Part shown: piece by piece, positions 50,401 to 62,716 of the stretch
How positions within the stretch are numbered: position 1 is the stretch's first letter
Layout: each line of letters opens with the position of its first letter
Source: Catajapyx aquilonaris
Lineage: Eukaryota
DNA length: 64,000 nucleotides
Direction of reading: 5' to 3'
Assembly (NCBI GenBank): GCA_000934665.2
Contig: KZ538501.1
Coordinates: 1-64,000 of the forward strand
Translations under genes and position numbers: made by a program
The notes under the pieces: generated by a model
Seen by the model: the letters and a program-made list of their open reading frames with translations, nothing else
What the model was told of the DNA's origin: nothing
Databases searched by the model: none

Positions 50401-53400
50401 GCATGGTGGTCTAGTGGCTACACCACTGGCCAGCCAAGCAGGAGGCCGGGGTTCAAATCCCATCCCCGTCACCTCCGCTTGGCTGGGTCTTTTTCCGCTT
50501 TTCACCGACATGCCGGGGCAGAATTGCACTCCCTACTCTGCCCAGGCCCAGGAGAAACGGGCTGGTGTTTAAAGGATGTCACTACCGCACAGCGCCCTCC
50601 CTTGGGAACCTCCTCTTACCCTCAGTTCCTATCACGGGATATTAAAAAATCAAACAAATCCAGTGCTTATATTTGTTAATTCTGTGTATTCCTGAATTCT
50701 CCAAAAGAATTGCACTCCCTACTCTGCCCAGGGCCAGGAGAAAAGGCCTGGTGTTTAAAGGATGTCAGAAATGACTACCGCACAGCGCCCTCCCTTGGGG
50801 ACCTCCCCTTCCCCCCTAAAAGGGCGTCGGTTCCTATCACGGGATATTAAAAAATCAAAAAAATCCAGTGCTTATATTTGTTAATTCTGTGTATTCCTGA
50901 ATTCTCCATGTAAAGAAAGTGTCTGATCCTTGTTATCTGCTGTTGGTGATGATAAATTATATCTAATAGGGTAAGTTGGGGTAAGTGCAATAATGGGGCA
51001 AGTGTGACATTGCTTCTAATATATAGCACAAGGGGGCAGGAGCATCGGAAATATAAGTAAACGTTGACAGCGACCTTTGCCTACTCTGCTAACAGTAGCA
51101 CGATAATCTTCCTTTCGAAACATAGCCAAAAAATTGTCACCAAGCTCAAGGTGGTGTTTTAACTCTTCCGGCGAGTTTGTAAGAATGTTTTGTAGAATTT
51201 TTGACGAATCTTAAATCGCATGATGCATAACCTCTTTGGCACTGTACATAAGAGGTTGAGGTGCACTATCATGCTGTTATTGTTCCCTTTTGGTGGCATA
51301 ATCAGGCTGGTTGTTAAAAGAAGTGACGCACTTGCCCCTGACTAAACATGGTTAGGGGCAAGTCCGTAAACAATTAATACAGGTATGTGGAACAAAATGC
51401 AATGCACTATTGGATGAATAAAGGTAGCGGTCGACAAAAGAGGCAACAAGACATCTTGGTGTGGTAACCAATAGATATTCCGCGACTGGTGACATGCTAA
51501 TGCATTGGCGTGAAAACACTTCCACATAATGCATTTAAATCAGATAATGCCAGTAGCCTACTGTTAGCCAACCTGTTGCGGAGCAGTAAATAAAAGTTCG
51601 TCCTGTAAGAACTTCTTGGCAATTTTTTATTTGGGAAAAATAGACTGACACAGGAAGTTTGTGTCTTTGTGGCACTAGTCCTATGCAACCCAAGCTATGT
51701 TTATTACTCTGAGAGAATGCCACAATCGCACTTACCCCATATTGCGGAGCAAGTGTGGCAGCAAGCACCCACGTAGATGAATGTTACTCAATAGGCTACT
51801 GTGAAAGCCAATAAGGTAAGGTATATTGTCTGGTACATTTTTTATCACTTGCTCATAACTGAGGAAGTAGCTTGGGAAGTAGCATGTCTTCAAACTGCAC
51901 CTAATCAAATTCTGGTTGCACTTACTCCAACGGAGCCTAACTAACAATGGATATCATCCATTTATTTTGGAGTTAACATTGATCATGTATTCACTATTAA
52001 GGTACTGGAATGCATAGATAATAATTATCCCACTTCCACATCTTTTTATGTACGATATGATGACAATCCACTAACCTTACTGAAGAATTTGTCATATGGA
52101 GAAGGGTCTGCATCTGAGAATAATATTTAATGTAAAGAGTAGTTTAATAGGATAAACTATTGTTTATCCGCACGTTAACAACAAGGCCTCCCGACGGTTG
52201 GCAACGTTCGCAAACAATCGGGTGCCTATTGATACTGCTGCATGGTTACATGGAACTGTGCTTTATTTTTCTTTTCGGGCTTTCGGGGATTCAATTCGGG
52301 ATTTTGAGGTGATTAAGTGGATGGAATAGCCATTTGTCTTGGTGTTGCTGTATGGCTTTTTGTTACCGCAACAGTACTACTGTACATTGTTGTGGCCCTG
52401 CCAGGCACGGTACGTCGCCCGTGTGTGATATTTTTAGTTTTTGCGGAGCTGGGCGCTTATTGTGGGTTTCTGTATCCGCAACATTTACTGTCCGTCTTGT
52501 GGCGCCGCAGGCCAACGAACGTTATAGTGGCTTTGCCAAGCGCGAAGTACACCTTCACACAGTCCGTTAAACTAACGAACTACATGACGCCAAGTTCCGC
52601 CCGCCACCACCAGGCTCTCCCCTCCTATCATGCCCACGACTCACTGCAGGCATACTACTGCACACGCTCAGAAAACACGTCTGGTGTGACATCATATCGT
52701 TCTTTGGGTTAACAGACTGCAGCAACCATCATGGCTTTCATATTTCCCACCACCTTCATTAATTCTGTGGTCCTAGCACTCGTCTGAACGGTTCGCGTGG
52801 CAGGGGTAAGAACACGCCCTTTGTTATGCTCTCCCGGCAACCGGTTGTTTGCGATGCGTAGCCAACATGTTTGGAGCACTGCGTCGCTAGGTGCGGATAA
52901 ACGATAGACTTTCCGTTTAATATTGCTACCTGTTATGAGAAATATTATGCAAGCTGACTCATATCAATATGTTACTGACTGTTACAGTGTGAATGATTTG
53001 CCAGACAAATCTAAAGCAAATCCAGGATTCATCAAGAATAACACTGGAAATGCCCTGTCTCATATCCAGGCATTGACCATGAAATTCAAGAGGGAAATGC
53101 CCGACCAGAGAAGGTATTCGTGCCAGTGCCATTTGTTAATAATTTCAGGGAATTTAACCGCATGCTAACACTGTTGCAAATGTCTTACAGTCTCATTCAA
53201 AAGGAGTTGGAGTCATTGAATGTTGACAAAGAATTTGAAGGTGATGACTTCCATGGCTTCCTGGGTGATAGTGTGTCTGGAGACTACTCCTGCTTTCTAC
53301 CAGAGCCGCAATTGGATGACTTTACGTCACACTCGGCCACCTGGAAAGCCTCCTTGAAAGATGCTAGAATTGATTCTCCAACATTTTGGCATTTACAGGT

Positions 53401-53932
53401 AAGTCCCACACTCTTACGCGGGATGTTTCAATGTAATGATACATTTCTTGTAATTTGGCAGCAATCAACATTAAATATGCGGAATGTTGTGGCTCCTCAG
53501 TTGGCAGGAATAATTAAGCTAACTGATGTAGATTGTGAAGAGGTAGACTTGAGAGCAGATTATGAGCTGCCAACAGAGCACGCACCCCCAGACATCCCTG
53601 CAGCAGAAGTGAATGTTGATCAAGATGCTTCAGAAGCAAGACAACATAATGACCAAAAAACTGAAGTGTCAAGTAGCTCGGATGAAACATATGGGAAGAG
53701 AGCGAAATTGTCTGGAGAGAAAGAAGCAGACGGAGTTTCTAGTATTAAGAATCATGACTCAGGGGAGAAACCTAAGTACAAGTACAAAAACATGATGGTA
53801 TACAAATATTTCCAAGAGGCTGCAGCAAAGCGCATCGGAGCAAAGAAGCCAAGAGTGCTCTTGGATCCAGAAGATGAGTTAGGCCCAGGGCAACAAATGA
53901 GAAGAAGTGGGGAAGGACCAAAGGGGGGATAG
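47449..53932 (+). CDS. Unrecognised spliced gene, about 294 aa acidic protein with a basic C-terminal region; coding exons 47449-47567, 52988-53113, 53191-53398, 53501-53932
   Basis: Four GT-AG exons join with matching phases (2,2,0) and no stops. Start context gaaATGg. The 3' end abuts a LINE and may be truncated. Confidence 0.6.
47660..48009 (+). mobile_element. tRNA-derived SINE, family B
   Basis: A box tggccgagatgg, B box ggttcgatccc and an (ATT)n tail. 15-bp TSD aattattatggatgg at 47645 and 48311. Confidence 0.8.
48010..48310 (+). mobile_element. Helentron/DINE-1-like non-autonomous element
   Basis: Starts actagcctggcgttgcccgggtatg and ends with (actgacaa)n and tatttatagagatagagat. Homologous to 39975-41003. 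Confidence 0.55.
49043..49387 (-). mobile_element. tRNA-derived SINE, family C
   Basis: B box ggttcaatccc on the - strand and an A-rich tail. 14-bp TSD ctatttgtgctact at 49029 and 49388. Confidence 0.8.
49410..50363. mobile_element. Fold-back element with arms over 200 bp, interrupted by a nested MITE
   Basis: Ends agggaagtgt / acacttccct. 49430-50070, minus insertions, is the reverse complement of 50144-50345. Confidence 0.8.
49527..49921. mobile_element. Merlin-like MITE, short copy
   Basis: GG-starting ~24-bp TIRs and an 8-bp TSD gtcaaaag / atcaaaag. Internally deleted relative of 52150-52914. Confidence 0.75.
50396..50908 (+). mobile_element. tRNA-derived SINE (family D) with a tandem duplication of its 3' half plus flank (50520-50703 and 50706-50908)
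   Basis: A box tggtctagtgg and B box ggttcaaatccc. The block gaattgcactccctactctgccc...cctgaattctcca is repeated. Confidence 0.7.
50968..51938. mobile_element. Old TIR element with ggggtaagtg-type terminal and subterminal repeats
   Basis: gggtaagttggggtaagtgcaa versus inverted ttgcacttactccaac. Internal cacttgcccc and cacttacccc. Confidence 0.45.
52150..52914. mobile_element. Merlin-like non-autonomous DNA transposon, long copy
   Basis: TIR ggataaactattgtttatccgcac / gtgcggataaacgatagactttcc and a perfect 8-bp TSD gtttaata. The superfamily is inferred only from the GG ends and TSD length. Confidence 0.8.
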
Positions 53933-53939
53933 GATAGTG

Positions 53940-56650
53940 GTTGGGTGGACAAGAGCGAGGTAGGTGAAAATGACCACAGAAAAACAGGGTGTGAGTTTAG
54001 AAACGACCTTCAAAGGAAAAAGGTGGAAGATTTTGGGGGTGTATGTGCAAAATGTTGAAGGGTGGGGGAAGGAGTTGGAGGAGGTGAGGTCGGAGAGTGA
54101 GGAGGAAGAAGAGAGGGTGTGTTGGATGTGTGTGGGGATTTTAAGGGAAGGATAGGGGAAGGAGGAGCCTTAGAGGCAGGTGAAAGAGGAGACATTCTGG
54201 ACAGACATTGAGTCGACAAGACTGTCAACAGAGAGGGGGAGATATTATTGGACACATGGTCAGTGTGGGGTATGCTGGTGATAAATGGAAGGACGGAGAG
54301 TGACAGGGATGGGAATTTAACGTTCATTGGTCCACAAGGTAAATCGGTAATTGATTATGCACTGGTGGACGAGGAGGGGTGGAGTGAAATCAAAGACGTG
54401 AAAGTGGGAACGAGGATTGAGTCGGACCATCAGCCGCTGGAGGTGACAATCAGGGACGGGGGAACAAAGAAAGAGGTGGCCCAGGAGACGAGAGATGAGG
54501 GAGAAAGATACAGATGGATAGAGGGGAAAGGAGACTAGTACAGGGAGAGGTGCAAGACGGAAACGTGGGAAAGATGCAGGAGGACACAGTCGACGACATG
54601 GGCATAGGGATACACAAATGGGTAGAACGGGCAGCTGTGGGGATGAGATTCAAGAGACGAAAAGAAAAAAAGAGTAGGGCGGATTGGTTTGACAGAGACT
54701 GTAAAATTAAAAGGGAAATGGTTTGGAGAAGTCTTAGGGTGTATAAAAAGGAGGGGAAAGAAAGAGACTGACTTGAGTATGTTAAAAGAAAGAAAGAGTA
54801 TGGCAAATTATGCATGGAGAAGAAAAATGAACAAGTGAATAAAATGGTGGACGATTGGATAATATCTTACCCCGTTATCAGCCTTTTTCGGCTCTTTAGG
54901 GGGGATTTTTGTTTTGTCTGGAACTCTTGCTTATATGTTTACTTTTTGCTGTTTGGGATAGGATAGGGAAGGAAGCAGGCGGCTGTGGCCTTTTAAAATT
55001 AGGAAGCAACCCCAGAATTCTCCTGGAGGGACCGTGGGAAACCACAGAAAACCACGGTTAGAGTTGCCGGCCCTGGGGCTCGAACCCAGGACCTCCCGAT
55101 TAGCAGTCGGACCCTATAGCCACTCCACCAAACTGCTTCGGTGGGGGAGAGCATATTACATGAGGGACAGGCTGGTTTTCGGAGAGGAGTAGTACAAGTG
55201 ACAACATATTTATATTAAACGCACTGGTACAGCACAGGCTGGGGAGGAAGAGGGGGAAGATGTACGCGATGTTCGTGGACCTCAAATCCGCATTCGACAA
55301 AGTGAATCGAGTAAAACTAATGACAAAACTATGGCACCTAGGAGTAAAGGGGAATGTGTGGAGGCTACTAAGCAAAATGTACGAAGAGAGCATTAATACA
55401 ATAGGAACAGGCGGGGAAAGATTTTGGACAACCAATGGAGTGAGGCAGGGGTGCCCACTGAGCCCATTGTTATTCATAATGTATGTAAATGATTGGTTGA
55501 ACATGTTGCAGGAGGAAAATTCAGGGGGGGTCAGGCTAGGAAGGGGAAAAGTGTGGGGGTTGATGTTTGCAGACGATATGGAGGTGGTTGTACAAGAAAG
55601 AGAACAGTTAAGTATTATGGTGAAACAGATAGAAGCCTATTTGAAGAAAAACGATTTAGAGTTGAATCCGGGAAAGACGAAAATCATGGTATTCAGGAAT
55701 GGAGGAAAAAGGTCCAAAAGGGACGGATGGTTTTGGAAAGGGGAAGAGATAGAAGTGGTAAACAAATACAGATACTTAGGGTATTGGTTCACAACGAAGG
55801 GGGGGATACAGGAACATATCAAGGCGCAAAGACAGAAAGCATGGAGAGGGTTTGCACAGGGTCAGGAGGATATGCAGGCAACAAATCATTGAACAGTGGG
55901 GTTTGGTAAAGGTGTTGTATGGTATCATGGTGAGAACGATCCTACTGCAGGGAGCTGAGGTGTGGGCGTGGAAGGTGGGACGAGCAATGGAGTGTGTACA
56001 GTTGGGCTCCCTCTAGAGGTGGCTCGGAGTTGCCCAGAATACTCCTGGGTACATTGTGCTGGACAGGAATGATGGAGGTGGAAGTGGCGGCATTAGAAAG
56101 GGCAGTTAGGTGGATTATGAAGGTGGGGTGGAGCATAACGAGGAGTGGCTAAAGCAAACTTGGGAAGAACGATGGGACTCATGAGGGAAGGAACTGAGGG
56201 AGAGGATGGTCAAGGAGAGGGAGGAGAGAATTGACAACACGACTAACTGGCCCGACTAAAGATTTGTAAAGATAGAGGGAGAGGAAGACCAATATCTGGA
56301 CAGAGGAAATGTAGCATTTTTGAAGATGTTGGCGAAGCTAAGATGTGGGACACTGTGCAGGGCAAGCTGGCCGTGGCTGACAAAAACCGAGAGCAACTGT
56401 TTGTTGTGTGGGGAGGGGGAGGAGAATATGGGGCACATTGTGAGGGACTGCAGGGTAATGAGGGAGGAGAGGAGGAAATGGATACCGGCGGTGGAAGGAA
56501 TGGAGGATGAAGAGGTGTATAGCTTTGTAAAGAATGTAAAAAAAAGGGCTGCTCTGTGTAGGTATCTCTACGGGATGGAAAGAAAGAGAAACACCAGGAG
56601 AATGCGTCGCTGGAATTAGTTTTCCTCTAAAATGCAATATATATATATAT
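53940..56650 (+). mobile_element. Decayed non-LTR retrotransposon ORF2 (APE endonuclease, RT, CCHC)
   Basis: Motifs SVIDYAL, ESDHQPL, QAGFR, FVDLKSAFDKV, GVRQGCPLSPLLF, FADD, YRYLG and CLLCGEGEENMGHIVRDC. Frameshifts and stops are present. Confidence 0.92.
54858..55142 (-). mobile_element. tRNA-derived SINE, family A copy 3, inside the LINE
   Basis: Homologous to the other family A copies. No TSD was seen. Confidence 0.88.
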
Positions 56651-56659
56651 AACAAAGAT

Positions 56660-59080
56660 ACCCCCAAATGCTAGTATTATATTAATGGGGGATCTCAATG
56701 CGAGAATTGGTGGGTTTACCAATGTGCCATTAGACGAATTGGAGGATCATGTGGTTATGCGTGAACGGAAGATTCGGCAGTATTTTGGTCTCTGGTGAAG
56801 GTTAATTCAGGCCTCAAACAAATGGCCACAATAACCGAAGCAAAATGGATCAATTATTTGGCAATGGTGCACGGACACATCACACAAACGTCATTAACGG
56901 TTCACGCGTTGGAGGTGGCTCCTCCTTCTTTTCGATGCAATAACCCTGGTGGAACTTCAACAGGCCATCAAGTTACTCAAACTAAAATCAGCTGCGAGCC
57001 CAGATAATATCGCAAATGCAATCCTTGCTATCCCGGCGACCAACTTACAGCAGCGGATATGTGATATGTATACAACAAGGTGATGAGTGGAGCGGCTGTG
57101 CCTAGAATTTGGACAGAGATAAGAGTGATTCCAATCTTTAAAGGGGGGGATACGAATAACCCGGCTAATTACCGCCCTATTTCATTAGTGAATAATATAC
57201 TCAAACTATTGACTACTATTCTAGCCAGACGACTTATTAGATGGATAGAAGCTCATCAGATATTGCCTGAGGAACAAGCCGGATTCCGACAGCATAGAAG
57301 TTGCTCCAACCATATATTTACTCTGACGATAATGATCCAGAAATACACCACAAAAAAAGGTGATAAACTTTTTGCTTTATTCTTGGATCTATCGAAAGCA
57401 TTCGACAGTGTAGACCATGGATTATTGTGGAATCGGCTTCTAGGCCTAGGAATTGGCGGTAACTTTCTCAGGATACTTCAGTCCATCTACTCATCGGCGA
57501 GAATAGTCACCGACCCCCGCAGCGATGAGGTGTATATTGCTAAAGGCGTCCTCCAGGGAGATGCTCTCTCACCTATTTTTTTTCATACCTTTTTGGCCGA
57601 ACTTAAAAACTGTTTAATTTCGTCGGCAATACCAGGAGTTAATTTAGGTCCAAACACAGAGGATTTACATTTTCTCCAGTTTGCGGACGACATTGTTCTG
57701 CTAGCAAGTAATCCCCTTTATCTGCAGAAAAAAATGGATGTTTTAGCTGACTTTCTGACGAGGTGTGGTCTTGGGGCAAATACCTCAAAAACGAAAGTAA
57801 TGGTGTTTCGCAAGGGAGGGCGTCTGCCACAAGACTACAAGTTCTTCTGGAATGGAATACATATTGACATAACATCCACATATAAATACCTGGGCGTGAC
57901 GTTTTCAAGTTCTGGTAAATTCAGAAGAGCAGCGGAAGAATTGACAAAAAAGGTCAAAGCTGCAATTATGGCAATGTGGCCTACATTAATTAAACTACAG
58001 GTCAGAAATTTCACCATGGCAATGAAATTATTTAACGCCCGCATAATTCCCAAATGCTTATACAACGCGTTCATTTGGGGTCTGGGATACATGGCATTAC
58101 TTGAACAAATCCAGAGTTTTTACATCAAAAAGTTTTTACAACTTCCTCGTAACGCTGTGCAGGCTACTTTGTGCGATTGGAAACGGGGCGACGTCAGCTA
58201 TCACTCAATGTAAATAAGCATTTAATAGAATGGCTAATTAGATTGGAATCACTCCCGGCAGAATCCTTGGTTAAACGTTGCTATTGCTACGCAACCTCAG
58301 ACGCACATTCAGCACTAGCATACCATTGGGGCAACTTGGTGGACGATGGGAACCACAATACAGCATTGGCTGGCAAACAGACTACAGATCCCTCTATCTG
58401 GGCTATTAAATACACACATGGACTCATTGATACAACAGGACTGGTCAGATCTGGCGCATTCATGGCGATACTCCAATTATGAGCAGTGGAAAACTACACC
58501 GACAGCTGAGTTATATTTGGGTCACCAACTCTCCGTGCCGGTTTTGCGAATGATGGTTAACCTCCGCAATGAATCAAACTACCTCTTAATTAGAGGATGC
58601 TAAATCAGAATTACCCCAGAAGAGAAATGTACCTTGTGTTACGAAGCGGACCCGTTTAGCTTACACCACATCCTATATTTATGCTCATTTTTTTCACACG
58701 CAAGAAATCAACACCTGTATAACTGGCCCGCAGTCCCACCCGATTTGATTTACTCATTGTTAGACAACCCACCGGTAGTGCAAATATACAACCTGTTTTC
58801 TTTTTTTACTCATGCAGTCAGAATTTTGAACCATGCAGATATCGTGTTATGATTAATAATTGAGGAAAGGGCCTAGCCCGCATCTCCGCAACACTATACT
58901 GTTCTGTCTTTTTTTTCTTTTTTTCTTTTTTTGTGTTTGTGGACAAAGTCATTATAACACACTTCAAAACGAATGTTACAACCCAAAACGTCACAAATGT
59001 ACAGAGTGCTCTCCCCTGCAGAAGGGCCCACAAAGCCTTGCAGGTTAATAAAACGTATTATTATTATTTATTATTATTAT
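56660..59080 (+). mobile_element. Second, different 5'-truncated LINE (endonuclease remnant, RT ORF 57080-58213, CCHC, 3' UTR, (TTA)n tail)
   Basis: Motifs MGDLNARIG, PIFKGGD..NYRPISL, EEQAGFR, LDLSKAFDSV, GVLQGDALSP, FADD, YKYLG and CTLC..HILYLC. Ends ttaataaaacg(tat)n. Confidence 0.93.
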
Positions 59081-59172
59081 AATATCCACTGGTTGCTAAT
59101 GTAAGTTTTCCTTAATTGCATGCTGGCTCACATTCAGCTTATGATTAATTCTGGCTCAATTTGGTGTTACAG

Positions 59173-60536
59173 CAAATCTCCCCTGAGCTCAAGATCCCAA
59201 TATTTGAAGTCATGAGCGACATCTTACTCTACAATTGGCACTACTTCTATAAATCATCACTTCGTACACCGTTGGTGTTCATGCAAACGAGGCAGTGGAA
59301 AACATGCCGAGTTTGAAGCAATTATGAAAGCCTTTGGCCAGTCATTCCTGGAAAGCAACATCAGCATCTTCCGCCTTAGGCTATGGAGAACCTCAATTCA
59401 AAATGGAAACTGTACCACAAGAGCTTTTTCTGCCAAACCATGATGGCGCATTTCCTCAATACCTGGCTGCAGGCACTGACGTTTAAGACACATGAACTGC
59501 TGAAGGAGGAAGTGTCCAATGCCATCTACAACATGGCATCAGTTGATTTTCACATTTTTTACTACAGTTTTCTAGTTCAGTTCCTCAAGAATTGCTATGG
59601 CCTGCATGACCATCAACGAGAGCTCCTCAGGCAAAACGTTCAGCTGGAAACGGTGTGTGGATGTGCATTGATGTAACTGGGTGGCATTGGACACACTAGT
59701 GTGTCTAGGTTTTAATTCTAAACAAGAGGAGACCTGACTTTATACAAGCATAATTTTATCCTTCAGAATTATAAATTTTTCAAAATTAACTGGGTGAGGC
59801 ACTACAAGAGTCCTACTGGGACTTCGTAAGGGGATCTGCTATTGCTAGCTAGAAAGAGTGCATTTATTATAACATCCAAGAGGCAGGTTCAACAGTAGGT
59901 TTTAAGTTGTCGGACAATCTGGCACTTGCCAATTGTGCTCTTCACAATCACTGGCGTAGGAAGTGTGATTCATTCACATTGTAAATAAATAATAATATAA
60001 AAGTCGGGCTCTGCAGTAAAGTGTAATAAGATGCAGAAGAGAATGCAAAAAATTGCCATTTATCCTGATGGGTTTGCTACTCTCCAATTCACATCAGTCT
60101 GAACCTTTTTGGATATACATACGCCCGAGGGGGTGAGCTGCTGCAAAATTAGTCCCCAGTATCACAGGCTTTCTCAAAGAAACGGTGCTGGTTCATGTAA
60201 TTCAAATGCCTAATTGTCATGGGCAGCCCATGCGACAGCTGCAGCGCTACACACACTGCACCTTCTGTTGTGAGGAGCGGTAGACCTCGGCATGGGGGGC
60301 ACTACTTTCAGGCGTATGGATATCCGAAATGGTTCAGACTTATGTGAATCGGAGAGTAGGTGGAAGTGTGATGTGTTGTGTGGTGCTATCTGTCAATTTC
60401 TGCCATTTCTGTTTACTCACTGGTTGTGTTTCATTCACAGGACCTGCCTTCATTCACTCAGAACATCCACCGCTTTGTGAATGACCTGTGATACAGCCTG
60501 TGTAACTCCAGTTTAGGGAATGTCAAGCTGAGTTGA
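59173..60536 (+). pseudogene. XPO6: Exportin-6 3' fragment with two exons (59173-59652, 60441-60536), frameshifts and an in-frame stop
   Basis: ILLYNWHYFYKS, AIMKAFGQSFL, LNSKWKLYHK, HELLKEEVSNAIYNMASVDF and DLPSFTQNIHRFVNDL* match the exportin-6 C-terminus. About three frameshifts and a TGA at a conserved Arg. Confidence 0.88.
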
Positions 60537-61442
60537 AAAGAAATGTTGCTAATTGAGCATTGTGGTAATTAAATTTCTGATAGTATTTTGGGGTGACTAC
60601 CTTCACGGGGGGGGGGATCTGAGCCATATTAATTTTTCACTGATGTTTGTCTATCATTCCAAGTCTCAATTAATTTATGTCAGAGTAGTGCATTTTGTAG
60701 AAATTAACTTTATGTACAGCTTTATTTTAATGATTGTGATATTTTCCTATGACTTTGTGGACATTACCAGCTTTTCTTAGGGTTTTCTTGCACTCAGAGA
60801 AGTTATGCATGCACAAATTTTATTGGCACACCCATGAATTCTGTCTCCTTTGACTCTTCTCATTCTGCCGTTTAGTTGTCAAGTATATTTTGCAGCATAA
60901 TTATTGATATGAAGACAATTATAACTGCCATGCTGTGAATATCACGTTCAAGCAGTGATGTCTTATTCATTTAAAATAAGTTTGATATTCAAAAATATGT
61001 GTGTATTCATTTGATTTTCAAAGAATAATAATTATTCTTTGAAAATCAATATTATATTATATATATAAATATTATATATGTGTTTGTGATGGAATTGTGA
61101 TGGAATGCGAGATATGACTCCCCACAGGAACTCTGCTAAGATGAATCAAAATTTTAAGTGTTTCCACTTGAAACAAGTTCTCAACCTGGCTCCAATCTCA
61201 GCACATACCAACATGTTGGCATGCATTTTTACAAGCTGTAGCCATGGACATGGATGCAGACTTGGGGCAGTCTTTGGCCCAGTTGTTATGAATGCAAATT
61301 AAGGGATAATCAACGATTAAGTATGGAAGTTCAAAGTACACATTTGGAGCTTCACCCTTCATTTACCGTACATTGCTGCTACTAGTGTACATAGAAGGTT
61401 ACTAATATCTTGAGAGTTTGTTGATTTTTTGTACATCACTTC

Positions 61443-61790
61443 TTAAGAAGATTCCTGCTCGTACATGAGGGTGAGCTCTGGCCTCACGTGGATCAGCTCT
61501 TGCAGGTCAGATTGGGAATGATATAGTCCAATCACACAAAAGAGCCGCAGCCCCAGCAGGCGCCTGCTGGACGCCACCAGGGTGAAAATGCTGGTGCAGG
61601 ATGCCCTCCTAAATACAAGTCCAAGTACACCAGGGTCAGACAGTGGTCGGTGAGCGCCTTGACGCAGCGGGCCTCCAGGTTGCCGGCGCCCATCAAGCCG
61701 AGCCTCTCTAGGTGATGGGCGATCGCCGTGCTTGTGATGAATTGCAGGAAGGAGTTGGCTGTGAGCTGTAACATCCTATGCAAGGACCAG
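61443..61790 (-). pseudogene. Possible frameshifted terminal exon of an F-box/LRR (AMN1-like repeat) gene
   Basis: GC-rich exon-like patch reading LERLGLMGAGNLEARCVKALTDHCLTLVYLDL, with LxxLxL periodicity, followed by a frame break. Confidence 0.3.
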
Positions 61791-62416
61791 GCAATCCAGA
61801 TTTGCGACGAGGTTACACTGTATAATAATTTGGGTCGGTCCCTTCACACTTGCCACTCTGCTACTCTGTATTGGGCATAATTATTCCCTACCCAGGCTCC
61901 ATTTAACTTCGTTACAATTTTGAAGTTTCTTTTCGAGTCAGTAAAGAACATCCACTCGTTCACGCGCCATACTGTATATTAAAGTTTTCCATCAGACCAG
62001 GGACATTGCTCTACTGTAAAACAGGCCACCATCTTAAGAAAATTATGGCATAAAACTGGTCCTTTGTTTCTGAACCATGAGACGTACATACCAGAAGCCA
62101 GTAAGTTCTTTTAATCTTAAGGAAGACCCAAGTCTGGGAGTAAATCATATATTTTCCACGAATGTAACAAAGGTATCAGATGATTCAAGACAACCCCATG
62201 CAGCCAAGTACGAGGCACCACTGTATTTTTGTTGAGTGATTGTTTACAGTACCGTATTCTCATTGTCAATGGGTATCGAACAGAGTCAGAAGCAATAAAT
62301 ACGAATAAATAAGTTTAAATATGCCAGTGAATTTTAATTTGAAAACATTTTGCAATTGATTGGCACTTTAATCACATTTGGATTCGAATTTGGGACCGAA
62401 ATGTTATTGGAATAAT

Positions 62417-62716
62417 AATAATAAATAATAATAATAATAATTCATACCCCCTTATCAGCCATCAGCTCTTTCCGGGGGAAGTTTGTTTTTGCCTGGAACT
62501 CTTTGCTTTTCATTTTTACTGTGCTCTTTGGGATAGGATAGGGACGGAAGGAAGCGGCTGTGGTCTCTGAATTATGGAAGCAACTCCGGAATTCTCCTGG
62601 AAGGACCATGGGAAACCACAGAAAACGACGGTCAGAGTTGCCGGCCCCGGGATTCGAACCCAGGACCTCCCGATTAGCAGTCGGACGCCTTATCCACTAT
62701 GCCAACTTGCTTCGGT
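62417..62716 (-). mobile_element. tRNA-derived SINE, family A copy 4
   Basis: 14-bp TSD gttattggaataat at 62403 and 62717, with the tail read as (TAA)n on the + strand. Confidence 0.92.

Noticed and set aside
52317..52712. 131-aa hydrophobic ORF as a membrane protein
   Set aside because: It has a non-ATG start, lies inside a TIR/TSD-bounded element and is absent from the shorter copy.
53120..53932. 270-aa single-exon ORF
   Set aside because: It reads through an in-frame 102-nt intron and starts inside another intron. The spliced model fits the splice signals better.
55260..58213. RT ORFs as retron, group II intron, DGR or domesticated RT
   Set aside because: APE remnants, CCHC knuckles, frameshifts and simple-repeat tails identify ordinary decayed LINEs.
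60489..60491. In-frame TGA in XPO6 as selenocysteine or readthrough
   Set aside because: It is a simple CGA>TGA change at a conserved Arg in a copy that also has several frameshifts.
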